Shown here in pieces: positions 38,110 to 47,368 of a stretch of 64,000 bases of DNA. The stretch lies in the NCBI GenBank assembly GCA_964426675.1, contig CAYRRM010000014.1:922-64921 (forward strand). The letters run 5' to 3'. The DNA comes from an uncultured Lentisphaera sp. GTDB taxonomy: Bacteria; Verrucomicrobiota; Lentisphaeria; Victivallales; GWF2-50-93. Under the pieces are notes generated by a model. The model was not told the DNA's origin. It searched no databases and saw only the letters and a program-made list of their open reading frames with translations. The position numbers were made by a program, and so were the translations under genes. Position 1 is the first letter of the stretch. Each line of letters opens with the position of its first letter.

Positions 38110-39039
38110 ATGAAATTTGCTTTTGTTTTTTCTGGACAAGGTGCCCAAAACGTAGGAATGGGAAAGGACATTTATGATTCCTATGAAACTGCAAAAAAAA
38201 TTTTTAAAACAGCTGATGAAATTTTGAATTGGAGAGTAAGTGAACTATGTTTCAATGGCCCAGAAGAAAAACTCACACAGAGTGTATATTGCCAACCATC
38301 AATTTTCACGGTTAGTTGTGCATGCTTAGAAACCTTTAAATCACTTTTCCCATCTGTTTTGCCGGTTGGAGTAGCCGGACTTAGTCTCGGCGAATTTGCC
38401 GCACTTTACAGCGCAGAAGTATTTTCTTTTGAAGATGGACTAAAACTCGTAGCCAGAAGAGGGGAATTAATGGATCAGGCTTGTATTGAAAATAAAGGTT
38501 CTATGGCAAGTGTTCTCGGGGCTGATGCCGAATTAGTCGCAAAAGCGTGTTCTGAAACTGATGTTGATATGGCAAATCTGAATTGCCCGGGACAAATCGT
38601 AATCAGCGGTGATTCCGCAAAAATTGCAATTGCCATAGAAAAACTAAAAACAATGGGGGTAAAAAAAATTATCCCACTGAAAGTTGCAGGCGCTTATCAT
38701 TCTCGTTTGATGCAATCTGCGGCTGCGAAATTCGCAAATGTTCTCGAGGCTACTTCATTCAACGCACCAAAAATTCCTGTGGCGCAGAACGTGGTCGGCA
38801 AATTCGTCCAGTCTGCCGATGAAATAAGAGAAAATCTATCAAAACAAGTCTCGGGAACTGTTCTCTGGGAAAAATGTGTTCTCGAATTGTGTCAGACAGG
38901 AGCGGACACAATCATCGAGTTTGGTCCTGGAAATGTATTAACCGGTCTTGCAAAAAGAATCAAACCGAATTTAAAAACTTTCAATATAAATTCCAGTAAA
39001 AGCCTGGAAGATTTTAAAGTGTTTTTAGAACAAAATTAA
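38110..39039 (+). CDS. fabD: Malonyl-CoA:ACP transacylase
   Basis: FVFSGQGAQ, active-site GLSLGE, and AGAYHS. Confidence 0.92.
   Translation: MKFAFVFSGQGAQNVGMGKDIYDSYETAKKIFKTADEILNWRVSELCFNGPEEKLTQSVYCQPSIFTVSCACLETFKSLFPSVLPVGVAGLSLGEFAALYSAEVFSFEDGLKLVARRGELMDQACIENKGSMASVLGADAELVAKACSETDVDMANLNCPGQIVISGDSAKIAIAIEKLKTMGVKKIIPLKVAGAYHSRLMQSAAAKFANVLEATSFNAPKIPVAQNVVGKFVQSADEIRENLSKQVSGTVLWEKCVLELCQTGADTIIEFGPGNVLTGLAKRIKPNLKTFNINSSKSLEDFKVFLEQN
38724..38736. repeat. Iterated palindrome TGCGA-N3-TCGCA copy
   Basis: TGCGAAATTCGCA in fabD (+). AKFA. Confidence 0.95.
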
Positions 39040-39058
39040 ATTAAAGGAGAATATAAAC

Positions 39059-39805
39059 ATGGAAAAAAGGCTACAGGGGAAAGTTGCTCTTGTAACGGGC
39101 GGAGCAAGGGGAATAGGAAAAGCAATATCTGAGAGATTAGCGTCTGAAGGCGCGAAAATCGCAATTGTTGATGTACTCCTCGAGGTCGCTCAAGCAACAG
39201 CAGATGAAATAAAACAACTCGGTTCCGAGGCAATAGCAATAGCAGCAAATGTAGTTAATTATGAGGATGCTGAAAAAGCCGTCAAAGAAACCGTAGAAAA
39301 ATTCGGTTCTCTTGATATCCTGATTAATAATGCAGGCATTACTCGCGACACTCTAATTATGAGAATGAGCGATGAAGATTGGGACAAGGTAATTGCCGTT
39401 AACCTGAAAGGTACTTTTAACTTTATCAAAGCTGCATGTCGTCAAATGATGAAGGCAAGAAGCGGCAAGATAGTAAACATTTCTTCAGTTGTGGGTAGAA
39501 TGGGAAATCCAGGACAGGCAAATTATTCCGCTTCAAAAGCAGGGGTTATAGGCTTAACAAAAACAGCTGCAAAAGAATTAGCATCAAGAAATATATGTGT
39601 TAATGCAGTCGCACCAGGATATATACTTACAGATATGACTAAGAATCTCTCTGAACAAGCTACTGATGCCTTTATGAAAGTAACTCCAATGCAAAGAGCA
39701 GGTACACCAAAAGATGTAGCATCTGTGGTTTATTTTCTTTGTTCTTCAGATTCAGATTATGTGACAGGGCAGGTAATAAATGTTGATGGCGGATTACTGA
39801 TGTAA
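39059..39805 (+). CDS. fabG: 3-oxoacyl-ACP reductase
   Basis: TGGARGIGKAI, NNAG, YSASKAG and the PGYILTDM pattern. AAAGGAG precedes the ATG. Immediately follows fabD. Confidence 0.9.
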   Translation: MEKRLQGKVALVTGGARGIGKAISERLASEGAKIAIVDVLLEVAQATADEIKQLGSEAIAIAANVVNYEDAEKAVKETVEKFGSLDILINNAGITRDTLIMRMSDEDWDKVIAVNLKGTFNFIKAACRQMMKARSGKIVNISSVVGRMGNPGQANYSASKAGVIGLTKTAAKELASRNICVNAVAPGYILTDMTKNLSEQATDAFMKVTPMQRAGTPKDVASVVYFLCSSDSDYVTGQVINVDGGLLM

Positions 39806-39884
39806 TTTTTCCCCTTCAGCAGGCAATTACTATCTGATGATTTTTTATTTTATTCAGTTTGATTACTTAAAAAAAGGAAAAATT

Positions 39885-41237
39885 ATGAGAAATAAAAATT
39901 TTAGCCCTTTTTCTTTTATACTTTATTTCTTTTGTTTTGCGATTTTCGCAGGGGCACAAAGTCCAGATTTCATATTCTTGTTTATAGGAGATGGGATGGG
40001 AGAAATGCAGATTATTGCCGCTGAAGAAGTGAAAAAAATAAATGGCGAAGGACTTATCTTTACTAAATTTCCAGTAAAAGGTTGGCAAAAAACTTCATCC
40101 GCAAATCAAACAATAACTGATTCTGCAGCAGCAGCTACAGCTATGGCCTGTGGCAGAAAAACAAATAATGGAATCTTAGGCATAACGCCTGATGGAAAAG
40201 AATTATTGTCAATTGCGCAGATTGCTCACAGAAATTCGTGGAAAATCGGAATTTTAACAAGTGTAAGTTTAGATCACGCAACACCGGCAGGTTTTTACGC
40301 TAAAAGCAAGGGACGCAATGAGTATCCTGAAATAGCAAGGCAACTCTCTTTATCCGAATTTGAATTTTTTGGTGGTGGAGGTTTGCAAGGACAAAAGGCA
40401 AAAGAAGGAGAAAAAGACAGGCTTCAACTTGCTATTGAGAAAGGATATAAAATCGTAAGAACAAGAGAACTCCTTGATAAAATACAGTCAAATGAAAAAG
40501 TTTTTGCTTTTAATCATAGGCTTAGGTCAGGGGCTTCTCTCCCATGGGCTTTAGACTACGAAGAAGATGATATAAAACTCTCAGAATTTACTCGTGCGGC
40601 AATTAAAAATTTAGAGGATAAAAAATTCTTTATTATGGTTGAAGGAGGAAAAATTGATTGGGCATGCCATTCAAATGATTTATCATCTGCAGCAGCTGAG
40701 ATACTACATTTTGATGATGCGGTAAGAGAAGCTTATTCTTTCTATAAAAAATACCCGGAAAGGACATTGATAGTTGTTACTGCGGATCACGAAACAGGTG
40801 GATTGAAAAAAAGCAATCAACAAAATCCTATTTTCATAATTTCTAAAAAGATTTCATCAGAAAAACTCAGCTCAACGCTGAAGGATTTCCAGAGAGAAAG
40901 TAAGAAATTTGAAGATATTTTGGAATACCTTAAAAGTCAGATTTCATTTGAATTAACCCAAGATGAAATTAATAAACTGAAAAAAGCATGGGAAGATTTT
41001 CTTAGTGGAAAAGAAAATAAAAGCCTTTATGGGAAAGAAAATCCTGTAGCTTCAACATTGAATAAAATAATCGCATTACGATCGGGATTTGAGTTTTCAA
41101 GTCCAAATCATACCGCTTCTGATGTTCCGGTTTTTGCGATAGGGATTGGAGCTAATGAATTTTCAGGTTCCTACGAAAATACTGATATATTTTCTAAATT
41201 ATTGTCTCTTATGAAACTTAAGCTTGAATCTGAATGA
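39885..41237 (+). CDS. Alkaline phosphatase (PhoA family), secreted
   Basis: Signal peptide, metal/active-site motifs FIGDGMG, TDSAAAATA (nucleophilic Ser), DHATPAG and TADHETGG. ATG 39885 with an upstream AAAGGAAAA is preferred to the track's 39837. Confidence 0.85.
   Translation: MRNKNFSPFSFILYFFCFAIFAGAQSPDFIFLFIGDGMGEMQIIAAEEVKKINGEGLIFTKFPVKGWQKTSSANQTITDSAAAATAMACGRKTNNGILGITPDGKELLSIAQIAHRNSWKIGILTSVSLDHATPAGFYAKSKGRNEYPEIARQLSLSEFEFFGGGGLQGQKAKEGEKDRLQLAIEKGYKIVRTRELLDKIQSNEKVFAFNHRLRSGASLPWALDYEEDDIKLSEFTRAAIKNLEDKKFFIMVEGGKIDWACHSNDLSSAAAEILHFDDAVREAYSFYKKYPERTLIVVTADHETGGLKKSNQQNPIFIISKKISSEKLSSTLKDFQRESKKFEDILEYLKSQISFELTQDEINKLKKAWEDFLSGKENKSLYGKENPVASTLNKIIALRSGFEFSSPNHTASDVPVFAIGIGANEFSGSYENTDIFSKLLSLMKLKLESE
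39938..39950. repeat. Iterated palindrome TGCGA-N3-TCGCA copy
   Basis: TGCGATTTTCGCA in the alkaline phosphatase signal peptide (+). AIFA. Confidence 0.95.
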
Positions 41238-44038
41238 ATCATCATAATATTTATTACAATCAAAAATTCATCTGGAAAAAAAATTTTAAAATAAAACGTA
41301 TTTCCCACGTATTTTTTAGAAAAAAGATATCAATTCCAACAAAGATAAAATCTGCAATACTGAATATTACCGCATCTACCCGTTATCACCTATTCATAAA
41401 TGAAAAATTTATAGGGGCAGGACCAGCAAGAGCATACCCGGAATTTCTCGAATATGATACATATGATATTTCTGAATACCTGAAAGAGGGCAAAAATATT
41501 ATTGCTGTAGACGTTTGCCATTTTGGCGAAAATACCTTTCATTATATAAAAGCTGAACCGTCATTTTCCGCATGGGGAAATATTGAGCTCTGTAATAACA
41601 ACACAATTTTTATATCTCCTGATTCCGAATGGTTATGTATGGAATCAAAATCTTGCGATAATGATGCGCCATCTTTTTCTTTCGCAATAGGCCCTATTCA
41701 AATTGAAGATAAAAGGAAAAGTTCAGGAAACTGGAAATCTCACACATTTAACGATGAAAATTGGGAAAAAGCAGTAGTTTTGCGAAAATCGCAATTTAAA
41801 AAACTATATCCACGGCAAATACCACCACTTTCCTGTGAGTTAATAAAACCTAAAAAGATTATTTCCTTTTGTAAAGCTACTACGGCAGATAAAATTCTTT
41901 CTTTCAGATTGTCTCAGGAGATGAGAAATTCCAGACAGATTAAATATTCGGATGCGGTCTCATTTGCAAGAACTTATATATTTTCTCCTTTACGGCAAGA
42001 TATAAAAGTTGGGGTATGGTGGGGAGAAGTTTATTTAAATTCAAATTTTCTTCCAAAAAATAAAATAAACGATGAACGCATGTTAATGGAGCAACAAATC
42101 TTCCACCTTGAAAAAGGCTGGAATGAACTTTTCCTCTCGTATAGAATGACTGTAGGTTTCTGGGAATTTCATTTATCCTATCCATCTAATAGTAAAATTA
42201 CTTTTTCTTCAGAAAAAATAAGAAATAAATTAAAAACTTTTGAAATCGCAGGGCCTTTCAGAAAAAATATCGCAGATAAAATATTAAATCAAAAGCCGTG
42301 GTTGTCTTTCGGAAAATTAAAGTTTCTAAATAAGCACTGGAAAACTATTTTAGCATCTGAAATCGCAGTGTCTCCAGTGCGAAATCTTGCATGGTTTAAA
42401 GAAGAAAAAAAAATCCAGATTCCAGAAAAAATAGATGAAATTAAAATACCTGCCAAAGGAAAATATTCAGTAATTTTTGACTTTGGGAAAATTAATCTTG
42501 GAAGAATTAGTTTTACTTACAAAGCACCGCGAGGTACAATTTTTGATTTTGGCTATGCCGAAGAATTAAAAGGGAAAAAACCTAATTATGAAAAGAATTT
42601 TTTAGTAAATGCCGGAGAAAGAGAAATAGCATCCGGGAAAAGTAACACCTGTGAGACTTTTTTCCCTCGTGGATTAAGATATTTTGAGATACTTGTTCAA
42701 AACAATAAAAAAGAGGTAAAAATAAAGGATCTCTCTTTGATAGAGGAACTCTATCCTTTAAAAGGGGATGCCCAATTCAAATGCTCAGATAAAAAATTAA
42801 ATAAACTCTGGGAATATGGTTGTAATACACTTAAATTATGTGCGGAAGAAGTATTTACAGATTGCCCATGGAGAGAAAGAACACTATATGCGGGTGATCT
42901 TCTTGTAGAAAGCGCGACAAATTTTATTTATTCCAGTGATTACCGTCTTGTTAAACGTAGTCTTGAAGTACTCTTGCAGTCCCAGGGTAATAAAGGGTGG
43001 CTTCAATCGAGGGCTCCTAATCCGCGAAGTTCTCCAACACTATACGACTATCCAATGATCTCCTTAATAAATGCAAATTGGTATTGCAAAATCTCTGGCG
43101 ATGTGATTTTCGCAAAACGCAGTTATCCCATCTTTAAGAAATTGATATCAAACTTACTTTCTCACAAAGACTCTGACGGAATTCTCAGTTCAGCTTATCC
43201 AGTATTTATAGAACACGGTTATCGCATTAATTCAGGTAAACTTTGCGTTCTTAATGCATTGGCTGTAGGAACTCTCCACTCATGGGCAGATATGCTTAGA
43301 ATTCTCAATAAAAATTATGAAGCTGAAATTGCAGAAAAGGAGGCTGATGAACTTGAAAAAAGGATAATTGAAAATTTTTGGGACGAAGAGCAAAATTGTT
43401 TTGTTGATCAACCTTGCAAAGGAAGGCAGAAACAGGAGAGTTTTAATGCTGCTGCAAATTCATGGACGCTATTGTTTTGTAAAAAAATCCAGAAAGAAAG
43501 AATTTGTGGAGCCCTGGACAAAATTATACGCATAGTTGATAATTTTTCTATTGATAACGAAAGCAGAACAGTTTCACCATATGGTGCATTTTACCTGTTT
43601 GCAACGCTTTATAAATATGGTTTGGAAGCTAAAGCGGAAGAATACATTAAAACTATTTATAAGGAGATGCTCGAAAAACCCACCGGCACTATATGGGAAC
43701 ATGCAAATCCATCTAAATCATTAACTCATGCATGGAGTACAACGCCTAATTTTTATCTGGCTACGAGGGCGCTTGGGGTTAGAGTCGGCTTCCCTGAAGA
43801 TGAGGGAATAAATGAAATTATAATTTCTCCTCAATCCGATATTCTCTCATGGGCTGAAGGTGCCATTCCTCATCCCCTTGGAAAAATCAAAGTTCGATGG
43901 GAAATAAAAAATAACCAACTTCATCTGAATTATCACATACCTGAAAAACTTTCAGTAAAAATCATTCCCTCTGGAAAATTAAAAAAATTGCAGCTAATAA
44001 CCTCTTCGGATGAAAATAAATTTTACCACATAACATAA
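41234..44038 (+). CDS. Alpha-L-rhamnosidase-family (GH78-like) six-hairpin glycosidase
   Basis: 934 aa. FTDCPWRERTLYAGD parallels the GH78 motif TDCPQRDERLGWTGD seen in the 50860 gene. The C-terminal WEH...SLTHAWS pattern also matches. The start overlaps the phosphatase stop as ATGA. Confidence 0.6.
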   Translation: MNHHNIYYNQKFIWKKNFKIKRISHVFFRKKISIPTKIKSAILNITASTRYHLFINEKFIGAGPARAYPEFLEYDTYDISEYLKEGKNIIAVDVCHFGENTFHYIKAEPSFSAWGNIELCNNNTIFISPDSEWLCMESKSCDNDAPSFSFAIGPIQIEDKRKSSGNWKSHTFNDENWEKAVVLRKSQFKKLYPRQIPPLSCELIKPKKIISFCKATTADKILSFRLSQEMRNSRQIKYSDAVSFARTYIFSPLRQDIKVGVWWGEVYLNSNFLPKNKINDERMLMEQQIFHLEKGWNELFLSYRMTVGFWEFHLSYPSNSKITFSSEKIRNKLKTFEIAGPFRKNIADKILNQKPWLSFGKLKFLNKHWKTILASEIAVSPVRNLAWFKEEKKIQIPEKIDEIKIPAKGKYSVIFDFGKINLGRISFTYKAPRGTIFDFGYAEELKGKKPNYEKNFLVNAGEREIASGKSNTCETFFPRGLRYFEILVQNNKKEVKIKDLSLIEELYPLKGDAQFKCSDKKLNKLWEYGCNTLKLCAEEVFTDCPWRERTLYAGDLLVESATNFIYSSDYRLVKRSLEVLLQSQGNKGWLQSRAPNPRSSPTLYDYPMISLINANWYCKISGDVIFAKRSYPIFKKLISNLLSHKDSDGILSSAYPVFIEHGYRINSGKLCVLNALAVGTLHSWADMLRILNKNYEAEIAEKEADELEKRIIENFWDEEQNCFVDQPCKGRQKQESFNAAANSWTLLFCKKIQKERICGALDKIIRIVDNFSIDNESRTVSPYGAFYLFATLYKYGLEAKAEEYIKTIYKEMLEKPTGTIWEHANPSKSLTHAWSTTPNFYLATRALGVRVGFPEDEGINEIIISPQSDILSWAEGAIPHPLGKIKVRWEIKNNQLHLNYHIPEKLSVKIIPSGKLKKLQLITSSDENKFYHIT
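41781..41793. repeat. Iterated palindrome TGCGA-N3-TCGCA copy
   Basis: TGCGAAAATCGCA in the GH78-like gene (+), third frame: TTG CGA AAA TCG CAA = LRKSQ. Confidence 0.95.
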
Positions 44039-44110
44039 AAAAACTTTTGCAAAAATTTAAAATTAGTATAAATTGTTTAGCTATTCAAAAAATACAGATT
44101 AAATCTTGAA

Positions 44111-44187
44111 GGCGGCTTAGCTCAGCTGGTTAGAGCGTCGGAATCATAATCCGCAGGTCCTCGGTTCGAATCCGAGAGCCGCCACCA
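44111..44187 (+). tRNA. tRNA with CAT anticodon (elongator Met or lysidine-modified Ile2), CCA encoded
   Basis: GGCGGCT/AGCCGCC acceptor stem, D-arm GCTCAGCTGGTTAGAGC, anticodon loop ATCATAA, T-arm CTCGGTTCGAATCCGAG. It lacks the initiator features (no 1:72 mismatch, no GGG/CCC anticodon stem). Confidence 0.9.
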
Positions 44188-44210
44188 GATAGTATAACTC
44201 TATTCTTCAA

Positions 44211-44969
44211 TCATACGTATATCATCTTCTTTGTCATACCACCATCACAGATAAAATTTTGCCCCGTAATAAAAGTGGCTTCATCACTTGACAAAAAGTA
44301 TGTAAGATTTGCAATGTCATCCGGTGTTCCAATTCTCCCCGCAGGGTGTTGTTTATGATCTGCTTCAGAATAATTGATGATTCTATTTTCGCTTTTCTTC
44401 CTCCAACCGTCAGTTTGAATCCAACCAGGCGATATGCAATTAACCCTGATTTTAGGGCCTAAACTTATCGCAAGGGCATGGGTTAAAGAAATTATTCCTC
44501 CCTTTGCCGCAGAATATGCTTCTGTATTTTTTTCCGACTGAAACGCTCTGGTCGAGGAAATGTTAATTATTGAAGAACCTTCTCTCATAATTGGAATAGA
44601 ATATTTTGAAAATAAAAATGCTGAAGTTAAATTGAGATTTATAATATCATTCCATTCATTCAAACTCAGATCAACAATTTGTTTCCCAAAATTAGCCCCT
44701 CCTGCATTGTTTACAAGAATATCGAGATAAGCAATTTTCGTTTTTATTGAAGAGATCGTATTTATCACATCTTCCTCCTTTCTAACATCACAATGAATGA
44801 AAAATAAATCCTCTCTTTCTTCAAGTTCCTTTCCTGCATCGTTGTCTATATCAGCTATAAAAACTTTAATTTTTTTAGAAAGAAATTTTTCTGCTATTCC
44901 TCTACCTATCCCCTGAGCCCCACCAGTTATCAAAGCAACACGCTCTGTATTTTTATTCTTTTTAATCAT
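44211..44969 (-). CDS. Short-chain dehydrogenase/reductase (SDR)
   Basis: TGGAQGIGRG, NNAG and YSAAKGG motifs. ATG at 44969 is preferred over the track's TTG at 44999. Confidence 0.85.
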   Translation of the reverse strand: MIKKNKNTERVALITGGAQGIGRGIAEKFLSKKIKVFIADIDNDAGKELEEREDLFFIHCDVRKEEDVINTISSIKTKIAYLDILVNNAGGANFGKQIVDLSLNEWNDIINLNLTSAFLFSKYSIPIMREGSSIINISSTRAFQSEKNTEAYSAAKGGIISLTHALAISLGPKIRVNCISPGWIQTDGWRKKSENRIINYSEADHKQHPAGRIGTPDDIANLTYFLSSDEATFITGQNFICDGGMTKKMIYV

Positions 44970-45341
44970 AAAAAAACTCCTAATTAAATTAAAAATCAAG
45001 AATTTTAACTTTCTTTAATATAATTAACTTTTTGCTGGTTGAACCACAAAATTTAGCTTAATATTGACAATACTATCGCATGAAAATTTTTCAAAGTTAA
45101 AAAATAATAATGACGATAATATTTGAATAAATTCATATCTCAAAATTCAAAAAATGACTGTTATGTTATATGAATATGATTTATATAAATCAAAATAAGA
45201 ATAATCAAATTTAATTGATCTAATATTACAGTTTAAATATTGTTAATAAAAAAAATCATTTTTTTTATTTTTTTACTTGAAATTTAAATTTGATATATTA
45301 TACTTATATTATGATTTTAATTTAATAAAAATAAAAATCTT

Positions 45342-46499
45342 ATGATTTTAGCAAGAAAAAAACAGAATGAGACCTTACAAGAGCAAGTATTATTTACGAT
45401 TGAAAAATGGATTGATGAAGGGGTTTTTCCAAATGGTTCTCGTTTTCCTTCGGAGAGGGAATTAAGTAAAAGACTTAATGTTAGTCAGTGTACGTTACAA
45501 CGGGCGATTACTGTCCTTGAAAGGCGGAAAAAGATTATTCGCCTTGGACCGCGACGAAGGATTGTTATATCTGAAAAAGGGGGGAGGATTTCATCTATGA
45601 TAAAAGATACAGTTGTTTTTATCACGAGAGAGATAAAGACCGAATTACTTAATAAGAAGATGGGATGGTTATATCATACTACAGTAGCTGCTCAAGATTA
45701 TATTAGAAATAAAGGTAACCATATCTTGATTTTTCATCCTGAACAGATAGATACGAGTATTCAACAGTTGTTAGATGAAAAGCCGCTTGGTTTTATTTTT
45801 CCTGAAGTTCACGGATATTCTCCTACGGAAGATCTAATTAATAAGATTTTATCCTTTGAAATTCCTATTGTCGCTTATGGCGATGAACCAGTATTTGGGA
45901 AAATTGATCGTGTTGTTTCAGATCACGAAAAGGGTACTTATGAGTTGACTAAATTTTTAATATCCCTTGGGAGAAAAAGGATTATAATGTTAGTTGATGA
46001 TAGAGAAAATAAATACTACTGGCAGAAGGCTAAGCGGAGTGGTTACATAAAAGCTATGCAGGAAGCTGGTTTAGACGTTTTGCCTGAAATCTATGAAAGT
46101 TTGATGGTGAAAATATCTGAAAAGTCAGACTTGAAGAAGATTTTTGATCTAAAAACTTCAATATATACTGGATTTATTGCGGAAGCAGTTTTATCTGCAA
46201 ATCCTCCTGATGCCATAATTGTTCAAGCTGATGAACTCATTTTTGCAGTTGCCGCTGCATGTAGGCGTCTTGGGAAAGACCCTTATAAAGATATTTTAAT
46301 AGTTGGTTATGATAATTATTGGGAAGAACATCCTGATAGACTCTTTGAGGACTATCAACCTGTTGCTACAGTTGATAAATTGAACTGGGAAATTGGAGAA
46401 AAAATGGCTGAACTACTTTACGATAGAATTACTGGAAAATTACCAGCAGAGCCCCAGGTAGTAAAGATTCCTTCAAAACTCATTATAACAAGAAAATAA
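45342..46499 (+). CDS. Transcriptional regulator: GntR-type winged HTH fused to a LacI/PBP1-type sugar-binding domain
   Basis: N-terminal FPSERELSKRLNVSQCTLQRAI (GntR HTH). The remainder has a periplasmic-binding-protein-like fold pattern (IGYDN-type motif LIVGYDNY). Confidence 0.75.
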   Translation: MILARKKQNETLQEQVLFTIEKWIDEGVFPNGSRFPSERELSKRLNVSQCTLQRAITVLERRKKIIRLGPRRRIVISEKGGRISSMIKDTVVFITREIKTELLNKKMGWLYHTTVAAQDYIRNKGNHILIFHPEQIDTSIQQLLDEKPLGFIFPEVHGYSPTEDLINKILSFEIPIVAYGDEPVFGKIDRVVSDHEKGTYELTKFLISLGRKRIIMLVDDRENKYYWQKAKRSGYIKAMQEAGLDVLPEIYESLMVKISEKSDLKKIFDLKTSIYTGFIAEAVLSANPPDAIIVQADELIFAVAAACRRLGKDPYKDILIVGYDNYWEEHPDRLFEDYQPVATVDKLNWEIGEKMAELLYDRITGKLPAEPQVVKIPSKLIITRK

Positions 46500-46521
46500 A
46501 TAGGAGGTAAAATAGGAAAAA

Positions 46522-47301
46522 ATGAGCTTACTAATTTTTAGCAAAAGAACTTGTTTTTTTGGTCTTCATGTCAAAAGAAAGGACAAAGCACAACAATTTA
46601 CCCTTATTGAACTATTAGTTGTTATTGCGATTATTGCAATTTTAGCTTCTTTACTCCTGCCGGCCCTAAAACAAGCAAAAGAAATGGCAAAAAAGATAAG
46701 CTGTATGAATAATCTAAAACAAATTTCAGCCGCTCAAACTACTTATGCAACAGAAAATAATGGGTGGATTTGGTGTGTAGGATATGTACCTATGTCTGGT
46801 TATGATACTTGGTCACAATGTATTTCTGGGGGGTATAATCATGTACAGGAAGAATATATTTCAAATAAAAATATGTTTGTGTGTCCTTCATCTACCTTAA
46901 AAGGGATTTTTAGTAGCACCTTTACTACATATGGAATGTATAAGTCTATATTTGATACGGAATATAGTGCCAAAAATTATAAGTTTTCGTATCATCCCAA
47001 TTCAGGTTTTATTTTTTATGCTATAGATAAGATTCCAAAGCCATCAAATTTTGTTATGGTAGCAGATACTATTTGTGTGGGGCATCCTACTTCTCCATTT
47101 TATACAGGGAAACCCCATTGGCAACTATCACCAAGTATATTTGTTGAAGAAGCGGGAATATTTATTCAACATAATAGTGTTGCCAATGGAAGTTTTGTAG
47201 ATGGCCATGTAGAAGGACTTACCCCCGGAAGAATGGCAGAGACTGAAGACAGGTTTAAAGTGTATATTGACAGATTATGGCAAAAGAGATCTTTGCCATA
47301 A
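46522..47301 (+). CDS. Prepilin-type N-terminal methylation-domain protein, DUF1559 / H-X9-DG family
   Basis: [24 protein letters not shown] pseudopilin N-terminus. The C-terminal [12 protein letters not shown] fits H-X9-DG exactly. AGGAGG at 46502-46507. Confidence 0.85.
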   Translation: MSLLIFSKRTCFFGLHVKRKDKAQQFTLIELLVVIAIIAILASLLLPALKQAKEMAKKISCMNNLKQISAAQTTYATENNGWIWCVGYVPMSGYDTWSQCISGGYNHVQEEYISNKNMFVCPSSTLKGIFSSTFTTYGMYKSIFDTEYSAKNYKFSYHPNSGFIFYAIDKIPKPSNFVMVADTICVGHPTSPFYTGKPHWQLSPSIFVEEAGIFIQHNSVANGSFVDGHVEGLTPGRMAETEDRFKVYIDRLWQKRSLP

Positions 47302-47368
47302 AAAAAGAATTTGGAATCGATTAATATAATTAATTAGGAAATAATAAAAAAAGTAGGGAGGATACAAA

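Noticed and set aside
42241-42391. Half-sites and loose relatives of the iterated palindrome. In this interval these are GAAATCGCAG at 42242 and 42359, and TGCGAAATCTTGCA at 42378. Elsewhere they include TGCGAATCTCACA at 31910, TGCGATTATTGCA at 46626, and TGCGAGG...13 nt...TTCGCA at 52363.
   Set aside because: These have only one arm, wrong spacing or mismatches. I did not count them, to keep the tally conservative. They may be decaying copies.
44111-44187. tRNA(CAT), and likewise tRNA-Ser at 15629, as integration sites of a mobile island.
   Set aside because: No integrase gene, no recognisable direct repeat of either tRNA 3' end downstream, and no phage or conjugation genes. Kept only as a weak compositional hypothesis in the findings.
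45277-45304. TTGAAA-16 nt-TATACT sigma-70-like promoter upstream of the GntR/PBP1 regulator gene.
   Set aside because: Such hexamer pairs are expected by chance many times in a 340-bp stretch that is almost entirely A/T. There is no independent support.
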